A stretch of DNA of 64,000 bases from Candidatus Latescibacterota bacterium. GTDB lineage: Bacteria > Latescibacterota > UBA2968 > GCA-2709665. The position numbers and the translations under genes were made by a program. The notes beneath the pieces were generated by a model, which was not told the origin of the DNA, did no database searches, and saw only the letters and a program-made list of their open reading frames with translations. The DNA is taken from positions 992,001 through 1,056,000 of the forward strand of contig OZ244744.1 of NCBI GenBank assembly GCA_965219455.1, written 5' to 3'. Position 1 is the first letter of the stretch, and every line of letters begins with the position of its first letter. Positions 9,771 through 19,034 of the stretch are shown here, in pieces.

Positions 9771-11990
9771 ATGTCAAGTTTAAAAGAAAATCGGAGCGCA
9801 TACGCGCTCCTTATCTTCATCCTGATTGCATCGGCAGCTTTGAGGTTCTACGGGATAGGCTGGGGAACCGATCCCGAAACCGGCAGGTTTCACGCCTTCC
9901 ATCCCGATGAACGTACGGTTGTCGAGAGCGCCGGGCTGGTGGGCGTGGAAGTAACCCGGGCGGTCACTGCCTATGCCAAGGGCCCGGCGTATGTCCTGTG
10001 GGTCCTGGCCAATGGCGCCGGGTTCGTTACGGGTATCGAGCCGTTCGATAAAAACGACAATCGATCGGTGCAATTCACCCACCTCGTGGGTCGGGGGATC
10101 TCGGCCACGCTGGGCATTCTGACCGTGTGGATCGTTTTCGCTATCGGCCGCCATCTGTCCGGAATCCGGACCGGCGTTCTCAGCGCGGCTTTTCTGGCCT
10201 TTTGCGCCGGGCACATCCAGCAGTGCCATTTCTATACCGTGGACGTGTCTCTTGCGTTCTGGACCACCCTGGGCGTCTACCTCATCCTGAAGCTGCCTTC
10301 GGACCGCACCCGTCCCTACCTGGTCTGCGGACTTGTCTGCGGAATGGCTGCAGGAACGCGGCTGATGGCGGGAATGCTGTGCCTGCCTTTTCTGCTGGCA
10401 CACGTTTGGCCGGCGCAGGCACGGACGGAGACCGGCGAAGTCCGGCGCGGGAAACGTAAACGCAGCCGCAGGTGGCGGTGGTTGGCGGCGGCGGCGGCCG
10501 AAAGGGTCTGGCGCCGTCTGAAGCCGGCGGTTACGCCGAGAGCGCTGTTTTGCGGGGCGGTCGTGGTTGCGGTTGTGGTGGTCTGCGAACCTCTCCTGCT
10601 CACGCCAGGAGAATTCTTCAGTTCGAAAGACATGAGGAATTTCCTGCCCAGCATGAAGATAGCGAAGGGGCAGACGATCCGGATCTGGGGGCTCTACGAT
10701 TTCTCCACCACACCCTATTTGTTCTTTATCACCCATCTATTCCGGTACGCGCTGGGAACGCCCCTTGAAATCGCGGCGCTGTGCGGTGTCGCACTGGCCA
10801 TCCGGAGGAGGGAGCGCGGCTGGTGGGTGTTGCTGGCCTGGCTGGCGCCATACTTCCTTATGGTGGCGGGACTCCACACCAAGCCTGTCCGTTATACCAC
10901 ACCGATGCAACCGCTGATGGCGGTGATGGGCGCGTGGGCCTGCCTTGAGGCCGCGGGTTGGCTGCGCAGTCGTCTGAACCAGTTTTGGGTCTATGCTTTA
11001 CCCGTGGCGCTTGTGGTTATTCCCACAGCTGCCTATGGGATCGCAACAACGCGCGTCTATCGGTCCAGCGGCCGTTTCGAAGCCGCTGGATGGATAAAGC
11101 GGAATATCCCAGAAGGGGAACGTGTGCTGGCCGAGCGGGGCGGATACCCCACGTCCTGGATGGCGCCGGCGGACCGATACAGGCGAAAGCTGGACGAGGC
11201 GGCCTGGTTCCTATATGCCGATGGCAACCTGCCCTACGAGGCACACGTCGAATTCATACAAAACCGGCTTGCGGGCGTCAATTGGATTGTCCTGATCGAA
11301 GAAAACCGCATGCGGCCGTTCATGAAGGTGCCGCAGCGATACCCGATCGGTCACACCTACTACAGTCGACTGGCCGATGAGAGCCTGGGCTTTGAACGGG
11401 TCGCGCTGTTCAAAGTCGCCCCCGAAATTCTGGGATACACGTTTTCCGAAGCGGACGCCGAACCCACCACCACGGCATTCGATCATCCCAGTGTTGCAGT
11501 GTACCGTCGCACGAGTGCGAACGTGCAGGAACTGCTCGAGCAGTGGAAGGCGGAAGTCCGGACAGACCCGGCGCTACCGGACAGATACGTCCATGCCGGC
11601 GTGGTCGCCTACCATCGGAAGGCCTGGAAGCGGGCCGAGAGCGCGTTCCAGCGCAGCCTGGAAGTGAAGCCGGAATTCGCGCTGGGACGCCTGTTGCTGC
11701 GCGAGGTCTATCTTGCGGAGGGCAGGAACGCGGACGCGAAGAGGGAACTTCGCAGGATCGCCGATTCCGGGCTGTCGGCCGGGGCCTACGTGGGCCTGAT
11801 CCGGGTGGGCATGGCGGAAAGGGGGGCGAAGTACCTGGCTGGATACGTGGAACTGACCGCGAAGAAAAAAAAGAGCAATACCGTCCTGTTGCATTACGGA
11901 TGGCTGATCGAAAAAATCCGCGCGGAACTAAGCGCGCGGCGCGAAAAGTCAAAACAGCCGTCGCAGAGTAAAGCGCCGCCATCGAACTGA
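9771..11990 (+). CDS. GT-C (ArnT/PMT-like) membrane glycosyltransferase with C-terminal TPR-like region
   Basis: LRFYGIGWG..FHPDE N-terminal motif, many TM segments, HFYTVD, FDHP; TPR-like A..FQRSLEVKPEFA. Confidence 0.8.
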   Translation: MSSLKENRSAYALLIFILIASAALRFYGIGWGTDPETGRFHAFHPDERTVVESAGLVGVEVTRAVTAYAKGPAYVLWVLANGAGFVTGIEPFDKNDNRSVQFTHLVGRGISATLGILTVWIVFAIGRHLSGIRTGVLSAAFLAFCAGHIQQCHFYTVDVSLAFWTTLGVYLILKLPSDRTRPYLVCGLVCGMAAGTRLMAGMLCLPFLLAHVWPAQARTETGEVRRGKRKRSRRWRWLAAAAAERVWRRLKPAVTPRALFCGAVVVAVVVVCEPLLLTPGEFFSSKDMRNFLPSMKIAKGQTIRIWGLYDFSTTPYLFFITHLFRYALGTPLEIAALCGVALAIRRRERGWWVLLAWLAPYFLMVAGLHTKPVRYTTPMQPLMAVMGAWACLEAAGWLRSRLNQFWVYALPVALVVIPTAAYGIATTRVYRSSGRFEAAGWIKRNIPEGERVLAERGGYPTSWMAPADRYRRKLDEAAWFLYADGNLPYEAHVEFIQNRLAGVNWIVLIEENRMRPFMKVPQRYPIGHTYYSRLADESLGFERVALFKVAPEILGYTFSEADAEPTTTAFDHPSVAVYRRTSANVQELLEQWKAEVRTDPALPDRYVHAGVVAYHRKAWKRAESAFQRSLEVKPEFALGRLLLREVYLAEGRNADAKRELRRIADSGLSAGAYVGLIRVGMAERGAKYLAGYVELTAKKKKSNTVLLHYGWLIEKIRAELSARREKSKQPSQSKAPPSN

Positions 11991-12005
11991 ACCGTGCGCG
12001 ACGGA

Positions 12006-13874
12006 CTACTTCCTGAGCGTCACGTTTCGCTCCTTCCCGCCCCCATACACCACCCGGACCGTCGCCGTCCGATCCCCCGCCGATGCCTCGACTTCCGGTC
12101 GATCTGAAGCGTCCCCCACGTGAATCGCCCACAACACCTCGATTTCCCGGCATGGATGAAACGGCCCGAAACTCCGATATTCGACGCTGACCCGATGGGG
12201 TCGATACTGATTGGACTCCGTGTACATGCTGGTCCGCTTCACGTCGCTCATCCGCCAGCATTCCATGTGTTCCGGAATCACTCTGGACAGCGACAACGTC
12301 ACGCCGTTCCGCCTGAACCCGGTTAGCCGCTCGTCGCCGTACACCTCGGCCCGGTGATGGAACAACCACTCCAGCAGCCGGGGCTCCTCGGACGAAATCC
12401 GGTCGTAGACCAGAACCACGTCAGGTTTCAAGAAAGCCAGCGTGCGCAGATATTGTTTCAGTTTCCCGCCGTAAGCCGCGGTCGCGTCTCCGACGGCTAC
12501 GTCCACCTCTTCACCACGCTCGAAAGAAACGATCCTCCCTGGATAGTCGGCCCCGTAACGCTGACCCTCGCCGTCGACCATCACCGTATTGTGCCCGATC
12601 GTCCCGTTTCCGTCAAAATTCCACCGCTCGCCCCCGTCGCTGTCGAAAAACCCCAGCGCGTGGCCGTACGGCCAGATACCTTCGTCGATCAACAGCCGTT
12701 CCCCCCGCGAGGTGACGACAAATGAATTCGCGTCGAGCTGTGAGTGGCCGACGGCGCTCGAACCCGATTTGAGGCCCACAAAGGTCGCCTGGTCGTCCCA
12801 CCCGCTGCGCATCGTCACCACACCGGTTGTGGGATAACTTCGCGAGGTCTCATTCGGAATCGCGTCTGCCAGCGATGGATCGTCCCAGATCAGGCGCTCC
12901 ACCGTCGTATGGTCGCTGGCCCTGGCGGTTCGCGCCCAGTCTCCCCGCCTGTTCAGGTTTGCCAGCAGCAGCAAATAGTCGAGACTGGATCCAAGGGAAA
13001 TCCCGTTATCGTTGAAATTGTATACCTGTCCGTCGGGCTCGGTCACGTGAACGATATAGTCCCCCGTTTCCCGCAATGCCGGATGCTCGAACAGATTCAC
13101 CGCTCCGCCCGTTGCCCGACGCAGCCCGACGCCGAACTTCACGCCGTGCCCCAGAGTGCCCAGCCAGTATCCGGGCCCTTCCGCCCAGTCCCCTTCCGGC
13201 GGAACGAAATCCAGAATGTCCAGGCACCCTTCGAGCGCCGCCCGCAACACCGCGTCGAAATCCGAAATTGCCTCCGCACACGCGATTGCAGCTGTACCCA
13301 TCTCGCCGCAGCACATGATCTTCCAGTTCCAATGATAGTCCGGACTTGACCAGTGCGCATCCTGATTTCTCCAGGTCTCGAGAAACCGGGCGACCGTATA
13401 CGCGTTGATTCGCTCGGAAATCGACGCCACCGCGTCAGCCGGCCAGAGTTCCGAACAGAGGTCCATCGTCGAACCGATTGCCGATGCCACGTTCAGCATG
13501 GCGTGGTCACATCGCATGGGGCGGTGAGGACGCGCCACCCACTCCTCGGGCGGAAATGAGAACATCACCTCCACGCCCGCCAGCGCCCTGGCCGCGAATG
13601 CGTCATCTTCCAGTATAAAGGCGGCGTTTGCCAGCGACCGGAGCGGCGTCTGGCAGAAATACGGAAGCTCCGGGGCGGCGCCGAAGAGGTCTTCATTCTC
13701 AGACGCGGCTCTCGCCTCTTTGACAAGCCTGTCCACAAATCCCGGTGTCGCGCTCGCCCGTCGTCGAACCTCCGCGACCTCTTCCGCGCCCAGCAGGACT
13801 CTCGGCCTCGTCTCCCGCGGCGCCACCGTTGCGTTTTCCAGTTTCGCGAGCAGATCTTCTGAGAATGGTTTCAT
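12006..13874 (-). CDS. Heparinase II/III family protein (lyase-like)
   Basis: HWNW, GDWAEGPGYW, NFND, MRSGW, GHSQLDANSF, HNTVMVDG. Confidence 0.85.
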   Translation of the reverse strand: MKPFSEDLLAKLENATVAPRETRPRVLLGAEEVAEVRRRASATPGFVDRLVKEARAASENEDLFGAAPELPYFCQTPLRSLANAAFILEDDAFAARALAGVEVMFSFPPEEWVARPHRPMRCDHAMLNVASAIGSTMDLCSELWPADAVASISERINAYTVARFLETWRNQDAHWSSPDYHWNWKIMCCGEMGTAAIACAEAISDFDAVLRAALEGCLDILDFVPPEGDWAEGPGYWLGTLGHGVKFGVGLRRATGGAVNLFEHPALRETGDYIVHVTEPDGQVYNFNDNGISLGSSLDYLLLLANLNRRGDWARTARASDHTTVERLIWDDPSLADAIPNETSRSYPTTGVVTMRSGWDDQATFVGLKSGSSAVGHSQLDANSFVVTSRGERLLIDEGIWPYGHALGFFDSDGGERWNFDGNGTIGHNTVMVDGEGQRYGADYPGRIVSFERGEEVDVAVGDATAAYGGKLKQYLRTLAFLKPDVVLVYDRISSEEPRLLEWLFHHRAEVYGDERLTGFRRNGVTLSLSRVIPEHMECWRMSDVKRTSMYTESNQYRPHRVSVEYRSFGPFHPCREIEVLWAIHVGDASDRPEVEASAGDRTATVRVVYGGGKERNVTLRK

Positions 13875-14036
13875 TCGTGTACTCCCTGGTTAGATTTCAG
13901 TATTGCAAGGGCCAGACCGTTTTCCCCGGTCGTAATAACTTACCCTCCAATGGCCACCTCTTTGCCCAATGACGCACGACAGGTCTTCGCTTCATTGAGT
14001 TTAATCTTGCGAATGTCTCACCCCTTCGATGTCGCA

Positions 14037-14483
14037 GCAGCCGATGCGGTGAAACATAAACCACGCTACCTACTGCGAGATGCCCAGATCCCGATGCAGC
14101 GTCATCGAAGAAACACCCTTCAGGCTCGTCACACACAGATAAATGCCCCACACCCACTTCTTGACAGGCAGCCGCGACTTCGCCATTACCGTGCCCGTCC
14201 TACAGCTAAAATACGACCTGCAATCATTGCAGAAATATGGCACCGGCGTGCCGCTCTTAACAACCGACGTGTTCAAGCCACCACAATGACCACAGCACCG
14301 CTCACCATCAGGCCAGATCTGCAACTCAAACCAACTCACCGCAGACGCCTCATCCGGAAACATCCCAGCCGACTGCAAAACCGAGATGCCTTCACGATCC
14401 GACTTTCCCGGTGCCATATGCCTCTCGTCCGTCTGCCCCATGACAACCCCCTATCCTACAAGTGCATAACTATATGTGCACCA
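14037..14483 (-). pseudogene. IS1595-family transposase 5' remnant with probable left end
   Basis: Zn-ribbon (CGHCG..YFCNDCRSYFS..TGTVMAKSRLP..KW) and KGVSSMTLHRDLGISQ*VAWFMFHRI with an in-frame TAG at 14070; no DDE domain. Putative end GGTGCACATATAGTT near 14482. Confidence 0.8.
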
Positions 14484-14624
14484 ATAAGATACGGAAGAAC
14501 GACAGCAATGTCAAGTACAAGTCGCTGGATTCGAGAGAAACAAAAAAATAGCCTGTTCGCTGTACCCTTCACTTTAGTAAAGGGTGCCTGAAGAACAGGT
14601 TACAGCCGAACGACTCGTGGGTTC

Positions 14625-14915
14625 CTACCTTTTTCTTTTCAGACTTTCATAAAAACTGCTGCGGGTATCCACATGGACAAACCGCCCGTGGCCCTCATCA
14701 TCCGTTTGAACGGCTATCCGATAACCGGAGGACAGCCAAAACTTGACAACATCCGAACGGGATTTTACTTTCTCCGCCTTTCTGCCTGGCGGTATTGTTC
14801 CAGATTCTATCTCTTTGACCAAATCTTCGATGTTTTCCTGAACATGACGAGGAAGTTTCTTAACAACCTTCTGCAACCTCTTGCTCGGATTTGTGAGTTT
14901 TATAGGCCCGAACAA
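14625..14915 (-). CDS. Putative RelE/ParE-like toxin (96 aa, basic)
   Basis: SKRLQKVVKKLP..., FWLSSGYRIAV, FVHVDTRSSFY pattern; TTG start 2 nt after the upstream stop, with a GAGG RBS. Confidence 0.55.
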   Translation of the reverse strand: MFGPIKLTNPSKRLQKVVKKLPRHVQENIEDLVKEIESGTIPPGRKAEKVKSRSDVVKFWLSSGYRIAVQTDDEGHGRFVHVDTRSSFYESLKRKR

Positions 14916-14917
14916 AA

Positions 14918-15418
14918 CTATCCTCGAAGTTTTCGTATATACTCCTCTGCATTTTCGCAAACGTCCTTCGACCAAGGCTCCTGCACTCCAGCATGAATTC
15001 CAACATGCCAGCGAAACTCCTCACAAACACCTATAAGATCTTCGAGAGAAGATACAAGACCGGAAATCTCTTCCTGGCTCACACCGGTGATGTTCTTGAA
15101 CGTTCGATACTCCGAAATACATTCCTTCGTGGTCTCTACAAAAACATCAATCTCCGTCATCACACGATCAACATCCTTGAAATAGGAACTGATCACAGAC
15201 GGATCTTCCTCCACCTCTTCAAGACGATCTATATAAAACTGGGTCCAGCTGTCTACCTTCTTCCAAAGAGAAAAGTGACCTTTTCGGCGAGTCTCAACAT
15301 CTTTGGATAATTCAGCCCCTCTCCGAGTAGCAGTCTTCATCTCGGAAACACCTAACGATGCCGGACGGGCCACACCGCTATAAGACGACAACATCTCCGT
15401 CACAGATGTACTCGACAT
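14918..15418 (-). CDS. Acidic helical hypothetical protein, putative antitoxin
   Basis: Strong RBS; coupled to the RelE-like gene; C-terminal CENAEEYIRKL resembles antitoxin C-terminal tails. Confidence 0.5.
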   Translation of the reverse strand: MSSTSVTEMLSSYSGVARPASLGVSEMKTATRRGAELSKDVETRRKGHFSLWKKVDSWTQFYIDRLEEVEEDPSVISSYFKDVDRVMTEIDVFVETTKECISEYRTFKNITGVSQEEISGLVSSLEDLIGVCEEFRWHVGIHAGVQEPWSKDVCENAEEYIRKLRG

Positions 15419-15648
15419 TATCCTCTCCTCTCTAGAAAAACCCCTGAGCAATAATACTTAAATCTTAGACCTTGTCAAGGTTTTCGTTGAAATTCTCTAT
15501 GACAACCCCCAATATAAAGCTCCAAGACAGATTTCCAAACGGACAGGAGAACAGAAACCCCTGTCAAGTTAGAGTTATTAGCCCCTAAATTGTTGATTTA
15601 AAGAAGCATACGATTCACATCGACCCACGTTACCGGGTGTTTTTCCAA

Positions 15649-15983
15649 TGTCGTGTTCAACCAATTTGGTTCGTGCAAATGTACCCGATTTGCACTGTTA
15701 ATGATCGCCCATATGCGGCCAATGCGGGATCGGCCCAATCAGGCCACCTGGTTACAATTGAGGGTTCGGAATTCCGAGTCACGTTTCTGCCTTCTGGCTG
15801 TCTCCCCGACATGCAGGAGGGAAGAACATGGCAAACCGAAGGTTCGAGATGTATCAGTATCGCCAGATATCGACGCGTATGCGGTTGGGCGAGTCGGATC
15901 GTGCGATCGCCCGTTCTGGGTTGATGGGTGGACAGAAGACCAGAAGCGCCTTCACCGGTTCTCACCCAGTATATGGGCAATAG
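15649..15983 (+). pseudogene. IS21-family left end and truncated istA
   Basis: TGT-initiated end at 15649; ORF 15828-15983 MANRRFEMYQYRQISTRMRLGESDRAIARSGLMG resembles the IstA N-terminal HTH and is then truncated. Confidence 0.75.
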
Positions 15984-16060
15984 GAATGGAACGAGATTCA
16001 GTACTGGGCCATCCTACCCCATTCATCCGGGTGAGGTGGTGAGGTTATATAAGGAGTTGT

Positions 16061-17223
16061 ATGGGACTTGAAAAAATGATATTCCGATTCTTCTGCATAA
16101 CCTGCTTCCTCACTCCGTCCTGCTCCAAGTCCCAAGACCCTACCAACCAGACTGCCATGAAAATTGGCTTTTTGGTTTCGGGCAATCGGGCTTCGTACGC
16201 GGACGCGGCCCAGTTGGCTGTAGATGAGATCAACACCAACGGTGGGTTACTCGACAATAGGACATTGGAGCTCATAACGCGAACCGATATTGAAGATGCT
16301 TCAGTAGCAGTTCAAGCTGCTCAGCAGTTGATTCAGAATGATGAGATCTTTGCGCTCCTGGGTCCGAATCGCTCTACCCATGCGGTTGAAGTGGGGCCGG
16401 TTGCTCAACGCGCACAGACACCAATGATAACGACCGGCGCGACCAATCCCAGTGTGACTAACGCCGGTGATTTCATATTTGTGGCGGCCTTTGCAGACCA
16501 GTTTCAAGGTGCCGTCCTCGCCCGGTTTGTGTGGGAAGATTTGAACAAAACTACAGCGGCGGTCCTTACCTTAGAAGGAGACGTTTATACCGAAGGTATT
16601 TCGATGTTTTTTATTTCTCATTTCGCGGAGTTGGGCGGAACAATAATCGCCAATGAGGTCTACACCCAGGGAGACACTTTATTCACCGTACAGCTTGGGC
16701 GAGTATCCGCAGCGAGGCCCGAAATATTCTTCATTTCAGGTTTGGTCCCGGATATGACTTATGTTGTTCGCCAAACGAGAACTCTGCCCGTGCTAACTCC
16801 CCAGGGCGAGCCCGTGATACTCCTGGGCGGGGATGCGTGGGACAATCCAGTATTCTTAGATGAAGTGATCGCGGAGGTCGAAGGGAGTTACTTCAGTGGA
16901 CACTTTTCCGCGGAGTCAACTGAACCAGGCGCGCGGGCGTTTGTAAGGGCGTATGAGGCGGCCTATGGCCGGGCCCCGACGGGGATGCGGTCAGTTGGGA
17001 CGCTATACGGTTGCTCTCTGGGGCTGTAGAACGGGCCAGGAGTTTTGAGGGAGCTTTAATTCGGGATCAACTGGCGGCAACGCAGAATTATCGAGGGGCG
17101 ACTAAGATCGTACATTATAACGCAAACCGACACCCGACCAAGAGTGCAGTGATATTGACGGTTAAGGACGGGGAGAGACGATTCTTTAAGGAGATTGAGC
17201 CGGGCGATTTGTATAGATATTGA
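16061..17223 (+). pseudogene. LivJ/LivK-like ABC substrate-binding lipoprotein, frameshifted
   Basis: Lipobox-like LTPSC, AQLAVDEIN..GGLL, ATNPSVT..GDFIF. Frame break at the G-run 16981-16984; the C-terminus continues in ORF 17011-17223. Confidence 0.8.
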
Positions 17224-17246
17224 GCCCAGAGCTTCGGCCCTGGGCT
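17223..17246 (+). terminator. Hairpin after SBP gene
   Basis: AGCCCAG-(10)-CTGGGCT stem; weak U-tract. Confidence 0.4.
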
Positions 17247-17265
17247 GTTGAAGAGGTGGAGTCTT

Positions 17266-17949
17266 ATGGAATCTTGGAGGATGATAGCCTGGCTAATAAC
17301 CATCGGCGCAGTGATTGTAGTCTTGGCTTTTTTGATTATTCCGCCGATAGTTTGGTGGGTCTATAAACGGAGCACATTTCCCTTTGAGGAACGCTATCGA
17401 ACCTTCTGGCCCAGGTTATGGGCAAGTTGGATTGATGTCCTGGTATTGATGCCAGCGGCTCTACTCTTTTCGTACCTACTTCATCCGAAAGTTTCATTAT
17501 GGGAGACCGCACGTTGGATGTTGGTTATCGTCTATATCATAAATCAAACCTATTTCTGGTTCTACTCAATTTATATGCATGGTCGATGGGGTCAGACTGT
17601 AGGGAAAATGACCACACGAGTAAAGGTTGTTGATCTTAAAACAGAAAAACCTATCTCTTATTTTCAAGCCTTGCTTCGAGACAGTATCCCAATTTTAATC
17701 TCACTTCCGTTTAACATCTATGTGCTCTGGCAATTGATAATTGGTTCAGAATACCCCACACCTTCACCAAATCTGTATGATCCGTCTACACCGGCCAGTG
17801 GGATCGCTTGGGTACAATTTATCGCTGGGGTTTGGTGGTTCGCCGAGATTGTAACTATGCTCACGAATGAAAAGCGACGGGCCTTACATGACTTCATCGC
17901 AGGGACGGTTGTGGTGAGGACGAATGTGGAGGAAGAAAATGCTGAGTAA
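17266..17949 (+). CDS. RDD family membrane protein
   Basis: FWPRLWASWID, GQTVGK, RRALHDFIAGTVVV. Confidence 0.9.
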   Translation: MESWRMIAWLITIGAVIVVLAFLIIPPIVWWVYKRSTFPFEERYRTFWPRLWASWIDVLVLMPAALLFSYLLHPKVSLWETARWMLVIVYIINQTYFWFYSIYMHGRWGQTVGKMTTRVKVVDLKTEKPISYFQALLRDSIPILISLPFNIYVLWQLIIGSEYPTPSPNLYDPSTPASGIAWVQFIAGVWWFAEIVTMLTNEKRRALHDFIAGTVVVRTNVEEENAE

Positions 17950-18160
17950 AGCTAAAAAGGATGGCCGGTGTTTTCATTGCACCCAGGAGAACCTTTACTT
18001 TACTCCGTGAGGAAACCCGACACGAAGATTGGTTAATCCCAATGTTGGTAGTGACAGCGGTAACTATTGTCGGGGGGCTTCTATTATTCGCCGGATGCTT
18101 TAGAACAATCAGTGCATGAACAGCTTCTATATATCGAGAATATTGCTAAGAAAGATTGGC
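17939..18160 (+). pseudogene. Degenerate Yip1-like membrane protein fragment
   Basis: MAGVFIAPRRTFTLLREETRHEDWLIPMLVV resembles Yip1 N-termini; broken by frameshifts and stops. Confidence 0.35.
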
Positions 18161-18235
18161 CAACGAGACTCGCATCGCCGTGAAATCTGCAATAAGGGCC
18201 TTACAAAAAAACGATGAGCGAAGCAACTTCAATGT

Positions 18236-18811
18236 TTATCGCGAAGTACGATCCGAGGGAAAGAGCCGCGACGCCGGACAGCGGAACCCAGGCAGCACGT
18301 CGCCGCCTTCAAGGTCGTCCTCCGTTCCCAGCACTTCAACCTGCTGTTGCGACCGGTAGACGTGGACCATGCGGGTTTCGGGTTCCGCCAGCCAGACCAG
18401 GCGGGTTCCGGCGGCGAAGTACTCGGCGATCTTGACGTGGACGTCGGCGAGGCGGTCCGAAGGCGAGATCACTTCAACCGCGAGATCGGGGGCGAAGGGC
18501 CAGTAGCCTACGGGGACGCCCGAGGCTGGAACGCGCGATGCCAGCACCACGGCGGCGTCCGGGGCGCGCACCGTATCGGGATCCCTCTCCAGGATGAACC
18601 CTGTCTCGGCGCCGCAGCAGACGCCGAGGTCGTTTGCTTCGACGTACTCGTCGAGCAGGCGCCCAATGCGGACCGCCAATGCACCATGGGCGCCGCCTGT
18701 CGGGGTCATACGAGCAAGTTCTCCTGCAACCAGTTCAATTCGACCACCGTCGTCCTGCAATTCGAACAACCCCTCGGCGGTCATGGGTGAACGCGGAGCG
18801 AGAATGGCCAT
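18236..18811 (-). CDS. Uma2 (DUF820) family putative endonuclease
   Basis: ELVAGEL, VRAPD, APDLAVEVISPSD, YFAAGTRLVW. Confidence 0.92.
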   Translation of the reverse strand: MAILAPRSPMTAEGLFELQDDGGRIELVAGELARMTPTGGAHGALAVRIGRLLDEYVEANDLGVCCGAETGFILERDPDTVRAPDAAVVLASRVPASGVPVGYWPFAPDLAVEVISPSDRLADVHVKIAEYFAAGTRLVWLAEPETRMVHVYRSQQQVEVLGTEDDLEGGDVLPGFRCPASRLFPSDRTSR

Positions 18812-18935
18812 TGAAGACCTCCTGCGGTTCGGAACTCGGCAGGTTCGGGGACTGAATCGCTATATTATCGATTCTCACGGCTTGGATCAAGCTCTATTTT
18901 TTTAGCGTATCGCCGTTCTCGCTTCGAGGGCAGGA

Positions 18936-18968
18936 CCTGCCTGCAGCGCAGGGCACTGCGCAGGCTGG
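18936..18968. mobile_element. 33-bp CCTGCCT...GCAGGCTGG mini-palindrome inserted in a hairpin
   Basis: Removal restores the hairpin TCGAGGGCA-GGA-TGCCCTCGA. Confidence 0.65.
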
Positions 18969-19034
18969 TGCCCTCGATCCAGTCAGGACCCTCTGTCGTT
19001 CAGAATACCACCATCCATCGCGGAATAGAGACCC

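Noticed and set aside
14439-15512. ATGACAACCCCC repeated on both sides of the putative TA pair as att/TSD sites
   Set aside because: Only 12 bp, one copy lies inside the IS1595 leader, and no recombinase is present.
18236-18811. Uma2 protein as mobiliser of the nearby mini-palindrome
   Set aside because: Proximity to one copy only; Uma2 genes are common and no link is shown by the sequence.
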